From the NCBI RefSeq assembly GCF_009914755.1, contig NC_060943.1: a stretch of DNA of 64,000 nt; one strand, 5' to 3'. A program made the translations under genes and the position numbers. The notes under the pieces were generated by a model. The model was not told the DNA's origin. It did no database searches and was given only the letters and a program-made list of their open reading frames with translations. This DNA is from the human T2T-CHM13v2.0 reference genome, Homo sapiens. Below, one piece after another: positions 56,002 through 64,000 of the stretch; position 1 is the first letter of the stretch, and each line of letters opens with the position of its first letter.

Positions 56002-57106
56002 TGAACAGCTGGGATTACAGGCACCCGTCCCCATGCCCGGGTAATTTTTGTATATTTAGTAGAGATGGGGTTTTCAGCATGTTGGCCAGGCTGGTCTCGA
56101 ACTCCTTACCTCAAGTGATCCATCCGCCTCAGCCTCCCAAAGTGCTGGGATTACAGGCGTGAGCCAGTGCGCCCGGCTTCTTGAATTAGTTTCTAGGAGA
56201 AGCCAAGAACCCCCCCGGGCTAAGCCTCAATTTTGGGGCTCGCCTGTGCTGCATCAGCTTCACACCTAGAGAAGAGAGTGAAAGAGAAGGGAGAGCCGTC
56301 CTTTTGGGCTGCCTTGAAATAAAGGTTGACCCATGGGTTCATGTATTGTCATTCATTCTCATTTTCTCTTCCTCTCTTTCTCTCTCTCCCCTGCCCCTTA
56401 AGTTAGCTTTTCTACACCCTACCTGGATAAGGATAAGAAATAGAAGGAGGGGATACTTTAGGATGCTACAAAATAAAATAAAACAACAACAACAATAAAA
56501 GCAGCAGCAACAACAACAACAGCAACAAAAGGGGAAGAAACAAATCTGGCCACTGCACATTCCTCCTTGGCAACAAAAAGCCGTGGATGCAAAAAGCTGC
56601 CCTTCACTGCATAGACAGAACAGGGCGCGCTCGAGGTATGAATCTCGGAAATTACTCAAGCCATCAGCCTCTGCAAGAAGCAAAGTGGACGGCCGGGCGC
56701 GGCGGCTCACTCCTGGAATCCCAGCACTTTGGGAGCCCGAGGTGGGCGGATCACGAGGTCAGGAGATCGAGACTGTTCTGGCTAAACCAGTGAAACCCCC
56801 TCTCTACTAAAAAAATAACAAAAGCGAAGTGCATCTCCCATAAACGAGGTACTGCAGGAAGAAAGCAGAAAATGAGACCCGAGTACACACATGCACGCGG
56901 GCGTGCGCACACACACACCAGAAGAAATGAACCAAGAGGAAAGGAAATATTTTCAAGTAAGCATTTGGAGATGGGAAAAACACCTTGAAACAGAAATTCA
57001 TAAAGTACACACATGTTTTTTTTTTTAAGTTAAAAGAGGAACAATAATAAACAGGCAGAAAATGAATAAAAAATAAAATGTCATATCAGAAGTGAAGATA
57101 AATTAA

Positions 57107-57319
<213 letters not shown>

Positions 57320-58860
57320 TAGAGTCATCATGGAAATTAAACAACCTGCTTCCAAATGACTTTTGGGTAAAGACTGAAATTAAGGCAGAAATAAAAAAAT
57401 TATTTGAAACTAATGAAAACAAACATACAACATCCCAGAATCTCTGGGACACAGCTACAACAGTGCTCAGAGGAAGTTTCTAGTGCTATATGGCTACATT
57501 AAGAAGCTAGAAAGATCTCAAATGAACCGCCTAACATCACACCTAGAGGAATTAGAAAAACAAGAGCAAATCAACCCCAAAGCTAGCAGAAGAAAAAAAA
57601 AAAACGAAATCAGAGCTGAGCTGAATGAAATTGAGATGTAAAATACCATACAAAAGATCAATGAAACCCAAAGTTGATTTTTTAAAAAAATTATTTATTT
57701 ATTATTTATTCCATAAATTATTGGGGTACAGGTGGTATGTGGTTACATAAGCTCTTTAGTGGTGATTTGTGATTTTGGTGCACCCATCACCTGAGCAGTA
57801 TACACTACCCCCTATTTGTTGTCTTTTATCCCTCGCCCTCGCCAACTCGTCCCCCTAAGTCCCCAAAGTCCATTGTATCATTCTTATGCCTTTGTGTCCT
57901 CATAGCTTAGGTCCCACATATCAGTGAGAACATACGATGTTTGGTTTTCCATTCCTGAGTTACTTCACTTAGAATAATACTCTCCGGTCTCATCCAGGTC
58001 ACTGCAAATGCTGTTAATTCATACAAAGTTGATATTTTTGGAAGCATAAATAACATGGAAAGACCACTAGCTAGATTAATAAAGAAAAAAAGACAAGATC
58101 CAAATAAACACAATCAGAAATGACAGAGGTGACATTACCACTGACCCACAGACATACAAGAAACCCTGAGACTATTCCACATGCCTCTATGCACAAAAAC
58201 TAGAAAACTAGAAGAAATAGAGAAATTCCTGGAAACATAAAACCTCTCAAGATTGAACCAGGAAGAAATGGAAACCCTGAACAAACCAACGATGAGTTCC
58301 AAAATTGAGTTAGTCATACAAGACCTACCAACCAGCGCAAAAAACCTTAGACTAGACGGATTCACAGTCGAATTCTACCAGATGTGTAAAGAAAAGCCGG
58401 CACCAATCCTACTGAAATTATTCCACACAATTGAGGAGGAGCAACTGCTCTCTAACTCATTCTATGAGGTCAGAGTCATTCTGATACCGAAACCTGGCAG
58501 AGACACAACGAAAAAAGGAAAATAGGTAAAGTAATACATATGTTAACGATCTTGATTTAGCCATTCTACGGTATATACATATTTCAAAACAATATGTACA
58601 TGATAAATATGTACAATTTGTCAATTAAAAATATATAAAAGGAAGAGGAAAAAATTCAAATGGCGTAGAATTTGAAAGGAGAAGATACAGAACAAACTCC
58701 AGTGTCTTATTATTCAACTATATATACACACGTTCAATGGACCGGGAGCAGTGGCTCAAGCCTGTAATCACAGCACTTTGGGAGGTCAAGGCGGGCAGAT
58801 CACCTGAGGTCGGGAGTTCGAGACCAGCCTGACCAACAGAGAGAAACCCCAGCTCTACTA

Positions 58861-59013
<153 letters not shown>

Positions 59014-60118
59014 TCAGTCTCAAAAAAAAAAAAAAAAAAAAAGAAAAAGGATTTAATGAATGAATGATGAGACCGTTGGTGACATCTCCCACCTTCTCCC
59101 TCTCACTCCACTGCAGCCACACGGGGCTCCTCACTGTTCCCGTAGCAGCAGGCATGTGCCCCCACAGGGCCTCTGTACTGGCTGTTCCCACTGCCCGAAC
59201 ACCCTCATGCACCATCTGCACTGTCCAATACGGCCGCCTCTGGCCACACATGGCTACTGAGCAGTTGAACATGGCTGGTCCAAACCAAGATTTCCAAGAC
59301 GTCGTGTGGTAAAAAAAACAACATAAAATTTTGCAAAAATGTTTCTATTGATTATGTTAAAATTATGATGTTTTAGGTATATTAGGTTAAATCAGCTATT
59401 TTATCAAAATGAATCTCGCCTGTTTGTTTTTGCTTTTTTTTTTTTTTTTTTGAGATGGAGTCTCGCTCTGTCGCCCAGGCTAGAGTACAATGGCGTGGTC
59501 TCAGCTCACTGCATCACTGCAACCTCTACCTCCCAGGTTCAAGCGATTCTCCTACCTCACCCTCCCAAGTGGCTGGGATTACAGGCGTGTGCCACCACAC
59601 CCAGCTAATTTTTGTATTTTTGTAGAGACAGGGTTTCACCATGTTGGCCAGGCTGGTCTCGAACTGCTGACCTCGTGATCTACCTGCCTCGGCCTCCCAA
59701 AATCCTGGGATTACAGGTGTGGGCCACTGCGCCGGCCATGTTTCTCGACTTCTGCTGGCAAGCATGTTCCAGTATTTGCATGGCTCCTAGCCCTCATCTC
59801 CATTTCTCTGCACAGATGTTATCTTCCCCATGAGGTCTGCCTTATACATGAGGCCTGTATTATAAAGTGCAACTGCCAATTCGCCAACCCCGTTGTTTCT
59901 TCTCTCCAGAACACTAGGCACCATCTGATCTCCTATGCCTTTTCCTTATTGTCAGATACTGAACTCTCAGATACAGTTCCCCTTCCTCCCTCCAGGGGGC
60001 GCCATGGAACGCAGGGCCCTCACTGGCCCTGGGGACTGGGTGACGTCAGGGGTGAGCCTCTGGTGATTGGCTCCCTCACCCTGCGTAAGATCAAAGGGCC
60101 TAAAGGTCAGCCCCGACA

Positions 60119-60238
60119 CCCGGAGCTATTGTGGCTCCGGCCGGTTGCGCGGGCCCTCGGACCCTCAGAGAGGCGAGGGTTCGAGGGCACGAGTTCGAGG
60201 CCAACCTGGTCCACATGGGTTGAAAAAAAAATTTTTTT
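60119..60238 (+). ncRNA. SNAR-C: snaR-C type RNA gene, copy 8 (divergent)
   Basis: C-type body with T at 60127 and A at 60167 relative to copies 2 and 5. Confidence 0.9.
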
Positions 60239-60267
60239 ATCGTTCCCAATATAACAACAAAACATAA

Positions 60268-60512
<245 letters not shown>

Positions 60513-61233
60513 TGACCAGGCTGGTCTTGAACACCTGGCCTCAAATGATCCACTCGCCTTGGTCTCCCAAAGTGGTAGGATGACAGGCGTGAGCCACCGC
60601 GCCCAGCCTCTTCTATTCTTTTAGAGACAGCGTCTCACTCTGTTGCCCAGGCTGGAGTGCATTGATGTGATGTGTGATCATAGCTCATTGCAGCCCTGAC
60701 CATCCGAGCTCAAGCAATCCTTCTGCCTCAGCCTCCTGAGTAGCTGGGGCCGCAGATGTGCACCACTGCACCTGGCTAATTTTTAACATTTTTTGTGGAG
60801 CCAGAGTCTGTATAAAATAAAGTGTAAATAGTACCATAAATAAAGAATACATAGTACCATTTTATAGTAGTATAAAACGGACATTAGAAACTCTGGACTT
60901 AAAGTTTAAAAAAATACACAAAAGTAGTTCTCAAGTTCTAGAGACTTGGAGAATCCAGGAATCAACAATGTCGTGGAACTCCTACAGCCTTTCATAAAGA
61001 ATGGCCCTCGAGGAAAGTGGAATTGTCAGTGGGCATTGTGTTCGTGCCTCAGCTAAACACGGCAGGAATTTATTTATAACCCAGTGTAACATCCTCGAGG
61101 CACTGTTCAATTAGTCAAGCAATTGTAAAATTCTCCCAGTCTTAGAAAAGATACAGGTGTGTGTCCCTCTGCTGTGGCTGTGCACTGACGCTTCAGTAAA
61201 AGTTGCCGTCTAAAACCACCGGCCTGCCCTTGA

Positions 61234-61380
<147 letters not shown>

Positions 61381-62484
61381 TGAACAGCTGGGATTACAGG
61401 CACCCGTCCCCATGCCCGGGTAATTTTTGTATATTTAGTAGAGATGGGGTTTCACCATGTTGGCCAGGCTGGTCTCGAACTCCTTACCTCAAGTGATCCA
61501 TCCGCCTCAGCCTCCCAAAGTGCTGGGATTACAGGCGTGAGCCACTGCGCCCGGCTTCTTGAATTAGTTTCTAGGAGAAGCCAAGAACCCCCCCGGGCTA
61601 AGCCTCAATTTTGGGGCTCGCCTGTGCTGCATCAGCTTCACACCTAGAGAAGAGAGTGAAAGAGAAGGGAGAGCCGTCCTTTTGGGCTGCCTTGAAATAA
61701 AGGTTGACCCATGGGTTCATGTATTGTCATTCATTCTCATTTTCTCTTCCTCTCTTTCTCTCTCTCCCCTGCCCCTTAAGTTAGCTTTTCTACACCCTAC
61801 CTGGATAAGGATAAGAAATAGAAGGAGGGGACACTTTAGGATGCTACAAAATAAAATACAACAACAACAACAATAACAGCAGCAGCAACAACAACAACAG
61901 CAACAAAAGGGGAAGAAACAAATCTGGCCACTGCACATTCCTCCTTGGCAACAAAAAGCCGTGGATGCAAAAAGCTGCCCTTCACTGCATAGACAGAAGA
62001 GGGCGCGCTCGAGCTATGAATCTCGGAAATTACTCAAACCATCAGCCTCTGCAAGAAGCAAAGTGGACGGCCGGGCGCGGTGGCTCACTCCTGGAATCCC
62101 AGCACTTTGGGAGCCCGAGGTGGGCGGATCACGAGGTCAGGAGATCGAGACTGTTCTGGCTAAACCAGTGAAACCCCCTCTCTACTAAAAAAATAACAAA
62201 AGCGAAGTGCATCTCCCATAAACGAGGTACTGCAGGAAGAAAGCAGAAAATGAGACCCGAGTACACACATGCATGCGGGCGTGCGCACACACACACCAGA
62301 AGAAATGAACCAAGAGGAAAGGAAATATTTTCAAGTAAGCATTTGGAGATGGGAAAAACACCTTGAAACAGAAATTCATAAAGTACACACATGTTTTTTT
62401 TTTTAAGTTAAAAGAGGAACAATAATAAACAGGCAGAAAATGAATAAAAAATAAAATGTCATATCAGAAGTGAAGATAAATTAA

Positions 62485-62697
<213 letters not shown>

Positions 62698-64000
62698 TAG
62701 AGTCATCATGGAAATTAAACAACCTGCTTCCAAATGACTTTTGGGTAAAGACTGAAATTAAGGCAGAAATAAAAAAATTATTTGAAACTAATGAAAACAA
62801 ACATACAACATCCCAGAATCTCTGGGACACAGCTACAACAGTGCTCAGAGGAAGTTTCTAGTGCTATATGGCTACATTAAGAAGCTAGAAAGATCTCAAA
62901 TGAACCGCCTAACATCACACCTAGAGGAATTAGAAAAACAAGAGCAAATCAACCCCAAAGCTAGCAGAAGAAAAAAAAAAAACGAAATCAGAGCTGAGCT
63001 GAATGAAATTGAGATGTAAAATACCATACAAAAGATCAATGAAACCCAAAGTTGATTTTTTAAAAAAATTATTTATTTATTATTTATTCCATAAATTATT
63101 GGGGTACAGGTGGTATGTGGTTACATAAGCTCTTTAGTGGTGATTTGTGATTTTGGTGCACCCATCACCTGAGCAGTATACACTACCCCCTATTTGTTGT
63201 CTTTTATCCCTCGCCCTCGCCAACTCGTCCCCCTAAGTCCCCAAAGTCCATTGTATCATTCTTATGCCTTTGTGTCCTCATAGCTTAGGTCCCACATATC
63301 AGTGAGAACATACGATGTTTGGTTTTCCATTCCTGAGTTACTTCACTTAGAATAATACTCTCCGGTCTCATCCAGGTCACTGCAAATGCTGTTAATTCAT
63401 ACAAAGTTGATATTTTTGGAAGCATAAATAACATGGAAAGACCACTAGCTAGATTAATAAAGAAAAAAAGACAAGATCCAAATAAACACAATCAGAAATG
63501 ACAGAGGTGACATTACCACTGACCCACAGACATACAAGAAACCCTGAGACTATTCCACATGCCTCTATGCACAAAAACTAGAAAACTAGAAGAAATAGAG
63601 AAATTCCTGGAAACATAAAACCTCTCAAGATTGAACCAGGAAGAAATGGAAACCCTGAACAAACCAACGATGAGTTCCAAAATTGAGTTAGTCATACAAG
63701 ACCTACCAACCAGCGCAAAAAACCTTAGACTAGACGGATTCACAGTCGAATTCTACCAGATGTGTAAAGAAAAGCCGGCACCAATCCTACTGAAATTATT
63801 CCACACAATTGAGGAGGAGCAACTGCTCTCTAACTCATTCTATGAGGTCAGAGTCATTCTGATACCGAAACCTGGCAGAGACACAACGAAAAAAGGAAAA
63901 TAGGTAAAGTAATACATATGTTAATGATCTTGATTTAGCCATTCTACGGTATATACATATTTCAAAACAATATGTACATGATAAATATGTACAATTTGTC

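Overview
Primate (human-like) genomic DNA that matches the SULT2A1 / snaR region of chr19q13.3. Bases 1-18.4 kb hold the first coding exon and promoter of SULT2A1 on the minus strand. They are followed by Alu-dense intergenic DNA with LTR, MADE1, MER58 and L1 remnants and two apparent retroposed inserts. From about 18,386 to the window end is a head-to-tail macrosatellite of ~5.36-kb units (8 complete plus 1 partial). Each complete unit carries one ~120-nt Pol III small RNA gene of the snaR family, with an A box, a B box and an oligo-T terminator, preceded by a CTCF-like site, a CRE-like site and an inverted CCAAT box. The genes run A, C, A, A', C, A, A', C'. A 16.09-kb three-unit block is duplicated, and its crossover maps to a 41-bp interval inside an Alu. 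The left edge of the array also falls inside an Alu. The snaR family itself is already described. The unit-level mosaic structure, the subfamily-specific promoter and folding differences, and the retro-inserts are my own readings of the sequence. Nearly all listed ORFs are Alu, L1 or microsatellite artefacts.
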